Shown: piece by piece, positions 1-10,776 of the stretch
Layout: each line of letters begins with the position of its first letter
How positions within the stretch are numbered: the stretch's first letter is position 1
Origin: Octopus bimaculoides
Taxonomy: Eukaryota
Assembly (NCBI RefSeq): GCF_001194135.2
Contig: NC_068981.1
Span: 176,895,455-176,941,947 of the forward strand
DNA length: 46,493 bases
Direction: 5' to 3'
Notes under the pieces: model-generated
What the model saw: the letters and a program-made list of their open reading frames with translations, nothing else
Told to the model about the DNA's origin: nothing
The model's database searches: none
Position numbers and translations under genes: made by a program

Positions 1-41
<41 letters not shown>

Positions 42-363
42 ATACATATATATATGTGTATACATATATATATGTATGTATACATACATACATAAATATA
101 TATATATATATATATACATATATATTATATGGCCTACCTAGCCAGTGGGGTGACATCATTTGAAAGCTACAACTGCACGAGGAAGTGCATTGTAACCAGT
201 GGCATATAACATCTGATAGTCTGGTTGATACAATGATATGAATGGTTTGTGCATACTTATACATAAATATAAATATAGATATATGATAAATATACTATAT
301 ATAACATGTTATTTATAGATAGATAAATAGATATAAATTATATGCATTTAAATGTTTATACAT

Positions 364-408
<45 letters not shown>

Positions 409-613
409 AAAAATGTATCCTTTCATCATCATTTAACATCTGTTTTCCATATATATAATACATATATCATATATTGATAGATATAATAGAAAGATAGATA
501 CACAAAACACACCCAAGTTTATATATGTGTGGAGAGAGAAAGAGATAACACACATGCAACTACATGTGGGTGTGCATGCTTGTGCAGTCATACACATTTC
601 CCTATCTACCTAG

Positions 614-681
614 TGTGCCACTTTCTTCAATCTATAGCATCTTTACTCCCTTGCCTCTGCCATACTTTATCTACTGCTGAG
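614..681 (+). pseudogene. Pseudo-exon (N-terminal): VCHFLQSIASLLPCLCHTLSTAE
   Basis: Acceptor cctag at 609-613 and donor GAG|gtcagt at 682; open frame is part of track ORF 529..732. Confidence 0.45.
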
Positions 682-1030
682 GTCAGTCAATATGGCAAGC
701 AGAGTAGCTATGGAGCTCTTGCTTGCAGTTGACTTATATTAAAAAAAAAAAGCATAGGACTAATCACATATACAAACAATACGCTTAGAATTATAATATC
801 TTCATATAGATCATATAGATCATATTTTACCCTAATTCCACATATTCTTAAGCTGCTTTCTTTATAATACATATACTGTATTCTTTTTTTATTTTATTTT
901 TCTCTCACCTCTTTCTTGATAATTCTTCTTAAATCAAGACCCATAAACCTGAGCGATATAGTATGAGTATAAATATCAACATATTACTAACTGGTTCACT
1001 GAGACATGTTTTCGCACATTTTGCTGACAG

Positions 1031-1157
1031 GTAGATTCTGCAAGATGGCATCATTGATAGTGACAGTGCTGCTGTCTATCTGTCATTGACTGACTTCCTT
1101 GTAAAATGTGCACATTAGCTTCCTATCATCAATGCAGTTGCAGGAATAAATATCTAT
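1031..1157 (+). pseudogene. Pseudo-exon: *ILQDGIIDSDSAAVYLSLTDFLVKCAH*LPIINAVAGINIY
   Basis: Acceptor ttttgctgacag, strong donor TAT|gtaagt at 1158; 127 nt with in-frame TAGs at 1032 and 1116. Confidence 0.7.
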
Positions 1158-1201
1158 GTAAGTAAGAATAAATCTATTCCTTCCCTGCTTCCTTCAAATT
1201 C

Positions 1202-1294
1202 AATTTGAACGTTTTTAACCTGACTCAAATAAAGAGAGTGAAAATAGAAGGAAGTGATTGCAGTGCAGCTATCAAACAGCTGCTATCAGAGGAG
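1202..1294 (+). pseudogene. Pseudo-exon: NLNVFNLTQIKRVKIEGSDCSAAIKQLLSEE
   Basis: Open 31-codon frame ending at donor GAG|gtcagt (1295), phase 0, compatible with the next exon. Upstream polypyrimidine tract present but acceptor AG not evident. Confidence 0.5.
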
Positions 1295-1389
1295 GTCAGT
1301 ACACAGACATGCATACACACATCAAATACACATACAATAAGACAATGAAGACAAGTGACTGGCTGATTTTTATGTGTAAAATTTTATAG

Positions 1390-1530
1390 TATCTATTGCT
1401 ATTGTGAGCCATTCAGTAAGCTGCTGTATAAACTGATCCAGCCATTGAATACATTCCAAACCTGGAAATTGTTCTTGCACCAAGAGAGACCCTTCAATAA
1501 AAGACAATTATTTTCACTTGCTATTCTGAA
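1390..1530 (+). pseudogene. Pseudo-exon: YLLLL*AIQ*AAV*TDPAIEYIPNLEIVLAPRETLQ*KTIIFTCYSE
   Basis: Acceptor attttatag at 1381-1389, phase 0. Four stops in 47 codons, so it is supported mainly by position and phase. Donor lost in a (TTTA)n tract. Confidence 0.45.
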
Positions 1531-1602
1531 TTTTATTTATTTATTTATTCATTTATTCATTTATTTGTGTATTTTTTTTGGCATTGTCTATTTGATACTC
1601 AG

Positions 1603-1731
1603 CAAGAAGATGCTGCTGATATCAGCCTAAGATTGCAATTTTGTTTTAACTACATAGTAATCTCATAATTTCTATATTTAGCACCTGAAGTAAAATTACA
1701 AAAATCTGGGTCATTTATAGATTCCAACTGA
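1603..1731 (+). pseudogene. Pseudo-exon: QEDAADISLRLQFCFNYIVIS*FLYLAPEVKLQKSGSFIDSN*
   Basis: Acceptor tttgatactcag; one internal stop in 42 codons; FLYLAPEV motif. 3' boundary uncertain. Confidence 0.6.
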
Positions 1732-1820
1732 AGATGTCTCTTTTATTTCTTTTCTCTTCTTCCTATTTTTTTTTCTGTCTTAATATCATTTCCCACACAT
1801 ATATACATCTCTACATTCAG

Positions 1821-2190
1821 ATTTTCCATAGAAAAGTTCATTGTGCATTAAAGTGAAATAATAGATAATGACAATGTATTTTGTTGATAAAATAATGCAG
1901 AGAATTGTTCACAATATATCACATATACTCAGTTTATTCAAGCACTCTACAAAATATTTCTTCAAGACATTAATGTAGTATTTTTCATTTATTCAATGTG
2001 GGGACAGGAGGAGAGTAATTATTCCAAGAATTGCAAACTTTAAAATCGTATGTTCCCAGAATTGTCAGCTTCTCCACTTATTATTGTGAAGGCCATTCAA
2101 GGTTTTGTCCCATGAGTATATCGGGTACTCTTTACTATGTGTACTCCAGTTTTAGAATTGGTACATCATCTCTCTACATATTGTAAAAGA
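1821..2190 (+). pseudogene. Large pseudo-exon containing ...YITYTQFIQALYKIFLQDINVVFFIYSMWGQEESNYSKNCKL*NRMFPELSASPLIIVKAIQGFVP*VYRVLFTMCTPVLELVHHLSTYCKR
   Basis: Acceptor ctctacattcag (1820). One frame of 123 codons with only 5 stops in very AT-rich DNA. Confidence 0.7.
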
Positions 2191-2463
2191 TGATTAAAAG
2201 GATTGGTGACAGGAAGGGCATCCATGTGTTAAATAATGCTTCTTTCGGGGGGTAGAGGCAATTCTTTCACAGTAAGAAACAAGGAAAAGACCATCTGTTT
2301 TATATATAGGTGCCAGCATGGCTGTGTGGTAAGGAGTTTGTTCCTAACCACATAGTTCCAGGTTCAATCCCACTCTGTGGCTCCTTAGGCAAGTGTCTTC
2401 TACTATAGACTTGTCAACCAAAGCCTTGTGAGTAGATTTGGTAGATGGAAACTGAAAAAAACT

Positions 2464-2503
<40 letters not shown>

Positions 2504-3355
2504 NNNNNNNNNNNNNNNNNNNNNNNNNNNNNNNNNNNNNNNNNNNNNNNNNNNNNNNNNNNNNNNNNNNNNNNNNNNNNNNNNNNNNNNNNNNNNNNNN
2601 NNNNNNNNNNNNNNNNNNNNNNNNNNNNNNNNNNNNNNNNNNNNNNNNNNNNNNNNNNNNNNNNNNNNNNNNNNNNNNNNNNNNNNNNNNNNNNNNNNNN
2701 NNNNNNNNNNNNNNNNNNNNNNNNNNNNNNNNNNNNNNNNNNNNNNNNNNNNNNNNNNNNNNNNNNNNNNNNNNNNNNNNNNNNNNNNNNNNNNNNNNNN
2801 NNNNNNNNNNNNNNNNNNNNNNNNNNNNNNNNNNNNNNNNNNNNNNNNNNNNNNNNNNNNNNNNNNNNNNNNNNNNNNNNNNNNNNNNNNNNNNNNNNNN
2901 NNNNNNNNNNNNNNNNNNNNNNNNNNNNNNNNNNNNNNNNNNNNNNNNNNNNNNNNNNNNNNNNNNNNNNNNNNNNNNNNNNNNNNNNNNNNNNNNNNNN
3001 NNNNNNNNNNNNNNNNNNNNNNNNNNNNNNNNNNNNNNNNNNNNNNNNNNNNNNNNNNNNNNNNNNNNNNNNNNNNNNNNNNNNNNNNNNNNNNNNNNNN
3101 NNNNNNNNNNNNNNNNNNNNNNNNNNNNNNNNNNNNNNNNNNNNNNNNNNNNNNNNNNNNNNNNNNNNNNNNNNNNNNNNNNNNNNNNNNNNNNNNNNNN
3201 NNNNNNNNNNNNNNNNNNNNNNNNNNNNNNNNNNNNNNNNNNNNNNNNNNNNNNNNNNNNNNNNNNNNNNNNNNNNNNNNNNNNNNNNNNNNNNNNNNNN
3301 NNNNNNNNNNNNNNNNNNNNNNNNNNNNNNNNNNNNNNNNNNNNNNNNNNNNNNN
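2504..3355. other. Assembly gap; others at 6437-6446, 7322-8234, 20497-20553, 27275-27651, 41109-41242
   Basis: Runs of N, mostly abutting (TA)n or poly-C tracts. Confidence 0.99.
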
Positions 3356-3759
3356 TATGGCTGCAGATGATTCAGTCACACTGTGTGACAACTTGGGCAA
3401 ATGTCTTCTACAATGGCCCCAGGTCAACCAAGGCCTTGTGAGTGAATTCAAAAGGCAATAATTGAAAGAAACCCTTCATGCATATATACATATGTATATA
3501 TATAATAAAAAATAAATGCGCCCTTTTAAAGCCTAGCCAGGCTCATGGGCCCAGTTTCCCAGTTTCAATGGCGTATGTTCCGCAGCTGGATGGGACGCCA
3601 GTCCTTCACAGCATTACTCATTTTTGCCAGCTGAGTGGACTGGAGCATCGTGAAATGAAGTGTTTTGCTCAAGAACACAACACGTCGCTCGGTCCAGGAA
3701 TCGAAACCACAAGCTTGCGATCATGATGCTGACACCCTAACCACTAAGCCACGCACCTC

Positions 3760-3797
<38 letters not shown>

Positions 3798-4039
3798 AAT
3801 GTGTATGTGTGTGTTTTTGTGTCTGTGTTTGTCCCCCACCATCAGTTGACAACTAGTGTTTGTTAACTTATGTTCTGATAACTTAGTGGTTCAGCAAAAG
3901 AAAACCCAGTAGAATAAGCACCAGGCTTAAAAAAGATAAGTGCTGGAGTTACCTCATTCAACTAAAATTCTTCAAGGTAGTACTCCAGCATGGGGTACTG
4001 GAACAAGCAAAAGATAATATATATATATATATAAAAGGC

Positions 4040-4280
4040 ACCATTTTTAGCGTGGCCGTTGCCAGTACCGCCTGACTGGCCCTCGTGCAGGTGGCACGTA
4101 AAAGCACCCACTACACTCTCTGAGTGGTTGGCGTTAGGAAGGGCATCCAGCTGTAGAAACTCTGCCAAATTAGATTGGAGCCTGGTGTTGCCATCCGGTT
4201 TCACCAGTCCTCAGTCAAATCGTCCAACCCATGCTAGCATGGAAAGCGGACATTAAACGATGATGATGTTGATGATGATG
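4040..4280 (+). mobile_element. RTE-type LINE/SINE 3' end with (GAT)n tail
   Basis: gtggcacgtaaaagcacc...ggcgttaggaagggcatccagctgtagaaac...cccatgctagcatggaaagcggacattaaacgatgatgatg. Related copies at ~16270-16480(+), 17050-17190(+), 24915-25070(-), 32095-32420(-). RTE assignment is inference. Confidence 0.65.
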
Positions 4281-4289
4281 ATATATATA

Positions 4290-4598
4290 GGCGCAGGAGC
4301 GGGTGTGTGGTAAGTAGCTTGCTTACCAACCACATGTCTCCAGGTTCAGTCCCACTGCATGGGATTGAACCCGGATGTGTGTGTGTGTGTGTGTGTATGT
4401 GTTTGTGTGTTTGTCTACCCAACATCACTTGACAACCAATGCTGGTGTGTTTACTTCCCTGTAACTTAGCAGTTCGGCAAAAGAGACCGATAGAATAAGT
4501 ATTAGGCTTACAAAAGATTAAGTCCTGTGATCGATTTGTTCAACTAAAGGCGGTGCTCCAGTATGGTCATAGTCAAATAAGTGAAACGAGTAAAAAGA
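4290..4598 (+). mobile_element. Main-family SINE with internal deletion
   Basis: Head ggcgcaggagcgggtgtgtggtaag, (TG)n, 3' module ...gcggtgctccagtatgg...gagtaaaaag. Confidence 0.85.
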
Positions 4599-4869
4599 AT
4601 TGAAGAATGTATGTATGAATGTATGTATGGTGCTAACATACAATATTCTTTTCTACTCTAGGCAGAAGACCTAAAATTTTTGGGGAGGGGGACCAGTCGA
4701 TTACATCGAACCCAGTACATAACTGGTACTTACTTTATCGACTCCGAAAGGATGAAAGGCAAAGTTGACCTCGACAGAATCTAACATATAATATTGAGAA
4801 AACTGCTTCTACTACAGCTGCTGTGAGTGAATCAAGTGAATGCTAAGGTTCTTGTTATTATATTGCCTA

Positions 4870-4980
4870 GGTTGCTGCTGCTACTGCTACTACTACTACT
4901 ACAATTATTGCTGCTGCTTTTCTTACTACTATTGCTGCTGCTGCTACTACTACTACTATTATTGCTGCTGCTGCTTCTAC
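4870..4980. repeat. Compound (GCT)n/(ACT)n/(ATT)n trinucleotide repeat
   Basis: Direct inspection; gives the poly-Leu and Cys/Tyr ORFs. Confidence 0.9.
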
Positions 4981-5360
4981 TGGAAATACCAATATCAATC
5001 ATTCATAAAACCTTTTTCTTTTTGTTATCTTTCTAATAAGCCATGATCAAGTTTCAATTCTTGGTTGAAGGCAATTTATATTACATACATTGCTAATACC
5101 TTTGAGAAAACTAAATCTATCCCAAATGCCCATTTTCCCTATCTTACAAATCTCATTTTTCTTTCCTTCATTCATATTAATACAAATTCATTTCCTTATA
5201 GACATAAACCACAGCATGCAACTTAGCCTAAGGTTATCTGCTAGAATATTTTAAGTTTATTCATTCCATTAACTCAATCAAATGAGCTGAACATTGATAA
5301 TGATATGTAAAGCATTTATTTGCTCTCATGTGAATTTGTGATAATTAAGAAAAAAAAATT

Positions 5361-5545
5361 ATTTCCGATGAAATTGTAAATAAATTTATGCCTGAAATAC
5401 TGTGCTGCACAGGCATGATTGAGTTAAGAAGCTTGTTATACAACTTTGTGGCTCAGCATTTGATCCTATTATAAGGTACCTTGGGCATGTGTCTCGTAGA
5501 CAACTGAGGAACCTGGTAGTAGAATCAAACCTGCTTGATTCTATC

Positions 5546-5581
<36 letters not shown>

Positions 5582-5896
5582 ACATGCAATCAATATACCT
5601 TATGAGACCTTTGAGCAAGTGGCCCTGAAATGGAAAACCTGAAGATTTGTGCGTCAGGATGGGACCAGGGACTTTGAATCTGGTTGTATTCATTGGCAAT
5701 GAGAACTAAGAGAGAGGACAAAAGCATTTTCAAGCATAACCGCAGCATTGTCCTGTTATCCAAATTCTTGCATGATCTATAAACTGGTTTACAAATCCTT
5801 GGTGGAACTAAAATGTAATCCAGGCTCAACAAAATGAATAGACTGTTGGACTCTCATATATTGAAACCAATGTGAGAGAGTCCATCATTTCTACAC
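5361..5896 (+). pseudogene. Pseudo-exon split by a SINE: ISDEIVNKFMPEILCCT [SINE ~5411-5590] QYTL*DL*ASGPEMENLKICASGWDQGL*IWLYSLAMRTKREDKSIFKHNRSIVLLSKFLHDL*TGLQILGGTKM*SRLNKMNRLLDSHILKPM*ESPSFLH
   Basis: 102-codon frame 5591-5896 with 6 stops and GC higher than the flanks. A coding-like frame continues upstream of the SINE. Confidence 0.65.
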
Positions 5897-6109
5897 ATAT
5901 GCACCTATATACACACACGCACACATACACCACCACCATTCCCCACACACACAGTGTAATGTCCTTAGCACTACTCCATTTAGCAGAAGGATTAATTTTA
6001 CAATTTATAATTTTACAATTTATAGGAAGGACAGTATATATTTTATTATTATTTTTAATTTTTTAATATTTCTAATGTTTTAATTAATATTGTATATATA
6101 CCATTGGTT

Positions 6110-6176
6110 CTTAATTCATCTCCGAAGAGCAGAATTACTGATAGTAAGCTGATCTTTTGATCACTTTGTGATTATA
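6110..6176 (+). pseudogene. Short remnant: LNSSPKSRITDSKLIF*SLCDY
   Basis: Position in the series and F*SLC motif (TGA compatible with former TGG); boundaries uncertain. Confidence 0.35.
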
Positions 6177-6229
6177 GTAATATCCGCGAAACGATCGTCA
6201 GATGCCTAACTCTTTAAATTTTAGGTTTT

Positions 6230-6653
6230 TTTTATATTTTATATTTTAGACTTTACAATATTCATGCTTAATTACACATAAATTTTTATACGCATTTATA
6301 TTCACACGTATATTTATCTACATTCATATTTTTATAAATATTTATATTTATATTTTGTATATTTATATTTTAAATTTTAAATTTATTATATTACCATGTC
6401 ATATTGGATATATATCTTTCGAAATATTAAATATTGNNNNNNNNNNTTTTATATTTTATATTTTAGACTTTACAATATTCATGCTTAATTACACATAAAT
6501 TTTTATACGCATTTATATTCACACGTATATTTATCTACATTCATATTTTTATAAATATTTATATTTATATTTTGTATATTTATATTTTAAATTTTAAATT
6601 TATTATATTACCATGTCATATTGGATATATATCTTTCGAAATATTAAATATTG
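6230..6653. repeat. 207-bp direct duplication flanking a 10-N gap (probable assembly artefact)
   Basis: 6230-6436 and 6447-6653 appear identical and abut the Ns at 6437-6446. Confidence 0.85.
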
Positions 6654-6898
6654 ATTACCTGAGTATATTATTGATAAGTTTATGAATTTATTAATAATAT
6701 AAAAACACATATATACACATTTATTTGCTCAAAATAATTGAGCACTCAATATAAGTTCAGTTACATATTCTTTTAGAATATTACTTATAAAAGTTATATA
6801 TATATATATACATACATACATACATACATACATACATACATACATACATACATACATACATGTGTGTATTTATGCTTTTATGTCTAAAAAAAAACTAG

Positions 6899-7083
6899 TC
6901 TACATCATTGGATGCAAATGAAGTTCACAGATGTTACATAAGAGTTTTCTTCCTCCTTGAGAGATGTCTAAATGAAGACAAGGCATCTCTCACTCTCATC
7001 TGTTGGATGGTTTAGACTCTGCTGAGTTCATCCACCCTTTCATAGATTTTGTGAAAACCATCCACCTTACCAGAGCAAGCTTG
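6899..7083 (+). pseudogene. Pseudo-exon with frameshift: STSLDANEVHRCYIRVFFLLERCLNEDKASLTLICWMV / LDSAEFIHPFIDFVKTIHLTRASL
   Basis: AG at 6897-6898, donor TTG|gtaagg at 7084; two open frames joined by a 1-nt shift near 7012. Confidence 0.65.
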
Positions 7084-8234
7084 GTAAGGTTGCCAATTTA
7101 GTTCCCAATAATCCAATGCTGCAACAGATCAAACTGGGTTACATAGTACCAGTGGTTCTAAAAGTGACCTAACATAGAATGTTTGTATAACATACATGAA
7201 TTATTCACTATTATTGCATATGTACATACATTAATGCTAATGTAAAACTCTTAGTTATAAATCATATATTGTATACACACACACATATACATATGCACAT
7301 TTATGCAGATATATATATACANNNNNNNNNNNNNNNNNNNNNNNNNNNNNNNNNNNNNNNNNNNNNNNNNNNNNNNNNNNNNNNNNNNNNNNNNNNNNNN
7401 NNNNNNNNNNNNNNNNNNNNNNNNNNNNNNNNNNNNNNNNNNNNNNNNNNNNNNNNNNNNNNNNNNNNNNNNNNNNNNNNNNNNNNNNNNNNNNNNNNNN
7501 NNNNNNNNNNNNNNNNNNNNNNNNNNNNNNNNNNNNNNNNNNNNNNNNNNNNNNNNNNNNNNNNNNNNNNNNNNNNNNNNNNNNNNNNNNNNNNNNNNNN
7601 NNNNNNNNNNNNNNNNNNNNNNNNNNNNNNNNNNNNNNNNNNNNNNNNNNNNNNNNNNNNNNNNNNNNNNNNNNNNNNNNNNNNNNNNNNNNNNNNNNNN
7701 NNNNNNNNNNNNNNNNNNNNNNNNNNNNNNNNNNNNNNNNNNNNNNNNNNNNNNNNNNNNNNNNNNNNNNNNNNNNNNNNNNNNNNNNNNNNNNNNNNNN
7801 NNNNNNNNNNNNNNNNNNNNNNNNNNNNNNNNNNNNNNNNNNNNNNNNNNNNNNNNNNNNNNNNNNNNNNNNNNNNNNNNNNNNNNNNNNNNNNNNNNNN
7901 NNNNNNNNNNNNNNNNNNNNNNNNNNNNNNNNNNNNNNNNNNNNNNNNNNNNNNNNNNNNNNNNNNNNNNNNNNNNNNNNNNNNNNNNNNNNNNNNNNNN
8001 NNNNNNNNNNNNNNNNNNNNNNNNNNNNNNNNNNNNNNNNNNNNNNNNNNNNNNNNNNNNNNNNNNNNNNNNNNNNNNNNNNNNNNNNNNNNNNNNNNNN
8101 NNNNNNNNNNNNNNNNNNNNNNNNNNNNNNNNNNNNNNNNNNNNNNNNNNNNNNNNNNNNNNNNNNNNNNNNNNNNNNNNNNNNNNNNNNNNNNNNNNNN
8201 NNNNNNNNNNNNNNNNNNNNNNNNNNNNNNNNNN

Positions 8235-8272
<38 letters not shown>

Positions 8273-8580
8273 GTATATAATGTAAATATAAATGTATATG
8301 TATATAATGTATATATATATATAAATATATATTTATATATAATGTATTACATACATGATTCTTTAAGACACATGCATGTACTATTTAAATGCTTTATGAT
8401 GTATATTTAACATATTACGATATAAGAAATAAGTGCCATTTTATCAAGAAACTTGACTTAATCTGGTAGAAATTTAAACCTTAAATGAAAAAGTCTGAAT
8501 GAATACACAAATAGATAAATAAATAAGTAAATAAATAAATAGATAAATAAATAGTTTAGTAAATAAAGAAATGAATAAAT

Positions 8581-8837
8581 CCCAAGACTCTTTGCAAACT
8601 AATCCTTCTGCTCCTTAAAATTACTATAACAAAAATTTTAGCTCATGCAGATTCTTACATCTGCTTCCTGTGAGAATGGCTTAAAAAGATACCTAGAAGT
8701 GCGATTAAAGAATACATTAATATTGCATTGTGTAAGAATGACCAGGCAGATTGTATATGTAGCTATCAGTAGCAGTTCCTGGGAAATATTGTCTGTAGCA
8801 TTTAATCAATACATGCTGTAAAAAGAGAAACAATTGA
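8581..8837 (+). pseudogene. Pseudo-exon: PKTLCKLILLLLKITITKILAHADSYICFL*EWLKKIPRSAIKEYINIALCKNDQADCICSYQ*QFLGNIVCSI*SIHAVKRETI
   Basis: 85 codons with stops at 8671, 8770, 8803. Strong donor GA|gtaagg (8838), phase 2, joins in frame to the 8934 exon. Confidence 0.7.
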
Positions 8838-8933
8838 GTAAGGAAACACAAATAAGATTTTCTGTAGTGAGAAAGACTTGCATATATTTTCTGATATTTC
8901 TAACTTCCATATATATTATATTTATTCCCATAG

Positions 8934-9030
8934 ATTATACAAAAAATGCAATGAAGTAATAGCCATCATGCAAGAAATTTTGATATTCACTTTTCCCAAT
9001 CTATTTTATGAAGATTTGTGTGATATATAT
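8934..9030 (+). pseudogene. Pseudo-exon: (E)LYKKCNEVIAIMQEILIFTFPNLFYEDLCDIY
   Basis: Strong acceptor atttattcccatag; 96-nt GT-AG intron 8838-8933 restores the reading frame; 3' end uncertain. Confidence 0.7.
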
Positions 9031-9039
9031 AATGTGACT

Positions 9040-9625
9040 GTGTGTTAAGATATTTGCTTCCCAAACATATTTTGGGGTTCATTTCCACCACATGGCACCA
9101 TGGGCAAGTGTCTACTGCTATAACCCTGGGCCAACCAAAACCTTGTGAGTAGATTTGTTAGACAGAAACTGCAAGGCAGTGAGCTGTCAGAAACATTAGC
9201 ACGCCGGGCGAAATGCTTAACGGTATTTCATCTGCCGCTACGTTCTGAGTTCAAATTCCGCTGAGGTCGACTTTGCTTTCATCCTTTCGGGGTCGATTGA
9301 ATAAGTACCAGTTACGCACTGGGATCGATATAATCGACTTAATCCGTTTATCTGTCCTTGTCTGTCCCCTCTGTGTGTACACCCTTGTGGGCAGTAAAGA
9401 AATAAGAAACTGCAAGAAACCCATCATATGTGAATTAATGTGTGTGTGTGTATCTGTCTGTCTGTCTGTGTCTGTTTGTGTTTGTCCCTTACCACTGCTT
9501 GACAACTGATGTTAGTTTGCTTGCATCCCCATTACTTAGCAGTTCGGTATAAGATACTGATAGAATAAGTACCAGGTTTAAAAACCATTCGAGGTGCTGC
9601 CCCAGTATTGCTGAAACAAATAAAA
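9040..9625 (+). mobile_element. Older main-family SINE carrying a nested second-family SINE (9176-9404)
   Basis: Insert flanked by 12-bp TSD agaaactgcaag (9164-9175, 9405-9416). Insert has the ctttcatcctttcggggtcgat..aagtaccag Deu/Nin-like core. Confidence 0.85.
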
Positions 9626-9779
9626 GATACTTTATGAATATCAAAACATAAGTCTGAAAATGGTTTAGAATAATTCTTATAGCAACTTCCATTTGATTTT
9701 GTTGTTGCTGTTGTTGTTGTTGTTTAACCCCAGGTTGTTCTTCACTGAGCAGATCTATGACCAAAAGCATTCTGCCATT

Positions 9780-10390
9780 GGCAAACATGTATCTTTTATC
9801 CTTTATTTGCTTCAGTCATTGGACTATGGCCCTGTTTTAAAGGGATTTAATCAAACAAATCGACCCCAGTACTTATTTTAAGGCTGGTACTTATTCTATT
9901 GGATTCTTTCATCAAACTGCAAAGTTATGTGAATGTAAACAAACCAACACCAGTTGTCAAGCAGCGGGGAAGAAACACAATGACACACAATCACAATCAC
10001 ACACACGCACACATACATGCATATATACATACATCCATGCATGCATACATATATACATACATGCATGCATATATACATGCATGAGTGCATACATACATAT
10101 ATACATACATGCATACATACATGCATTCATGCATACATACATGCATGCATGCATGCATACATACATGCATGCATACATATACACACGCATACATATATAC
10201 ATTCAAGCATCCATGCATGTATGCATGCATGCATACATACATTACATACATACATGACTGGCTTCTGCAGAGTTTCCATCTGACAGATTTACTTATAAGA
10301 CATTGGTTAGCCAGGGCTATAACAGAAGACACCCAAGTGACCACACAGTGGGACTGAACTTGAAAACACATGGTTGCAAAGTGAGCTTCT
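9780..10390 (-). mobile_element. Main-family SINE with central spacer expanded to ~240 bp of (ATAC/ATGC)n
   Basis: 3' module at 9780-9965, microsatellite ~10010-10255, head module ~10258-10390. Confidence 0.8.
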
Positions 10391-10432
10391 TAACTACACA
10401 GCCATTCCTCAACAGAAACAAATTTTTTTCAG

Positions 10433-10557
10433 ATAATTAACTCTGTCTTTAGAGATGAAAAAATGTTTTAATATTACATCTACACTATGCTTCAATTGAT
10501 TTGTGAATATTACACTTTGATCTAAGGCAAAAGGCTGAGAAGCATTTTCCATTACTA
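10433..10557 (+). pseudogene. Pseudo-exon: IINSVFRDEKMF*YYIYTMLQLICEYYTLI*GKRLRSIFHY
   Basis: Acceptor aaatttttttcag; protein-like frame with 2 internal stops; may continue frameshifted to ~10635. Confidence 0.6.
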
Positions 10558-10776
10558 ACAATGAATTTAATTGTCCAAAAAATTATAATCATATTCATAA
10601 CATTGCATCTCAGACATCAAAACATTTAAGGATGTATCTAATACTACATAATCAAACAATTACTTAGATATCACCATTTTCTTTTTTTTTTTTTTCAAAT
10701 AGTAGAATGTGATTTAAGGGAAATTTAGTAGCTATTTCTAGCAGGTTAAGTCACTCTGTAGAGACTCTTTTATTAG

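Noticed and set aside
2428-3461. Long ORFs of 325-338 aa (also 7269-8285, 27226-27772, 40813-41357)
   Set aside because: They are read through N gaps; no real coding content.
4827-5046. Poly-Leu, Cys/Tyr-rich, HTHT, IYIY and MHAC ORFs throughout the window
   Set aside because: Translations of di-, tri- and tetranucleotide microsatellites or SINE bodies.
6230-6653. 207-bp perfect tandem duplication
   Set aside because: Copies abut a placeholder 10-N gap and look identical: typical unmerged contig overlap, not biology.
5599-7118. Apparent minus-strand gene: exons 7118-7071 and 5705-5599 with good splice sites splice in frame to ALDYWELNWQPYQACSVLIANEYNQIQSPWSHPDAQIFRFSISGPLAQRSHK
   Set aside because: Both lie wholly inside + strand pseudo-exons that belong to a long collinear series. 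No convincing further minus exons or protein family were found. Most likely an antisense shadow, though stranded RNA-seq reads across 7071/5705 would revive it.
1031-8837. Idea that the in-frame stops are rescued by A-to-I editing (UAG/UGA/UAA to Trp) or selenocysteine
   Set aside because: Too many stops of all three types, plus frameshifts (~7012) and a SINE in coding sequence that editing cannot repair; several stops fit former Gln/Arg better than Trp.
8581-9030. Resemblance of pseudo-exon peptides to MEI1 or sorting-nexin C-terminal domains
   Set aside because: Only single short motifs, with order inconsistent with other exons.
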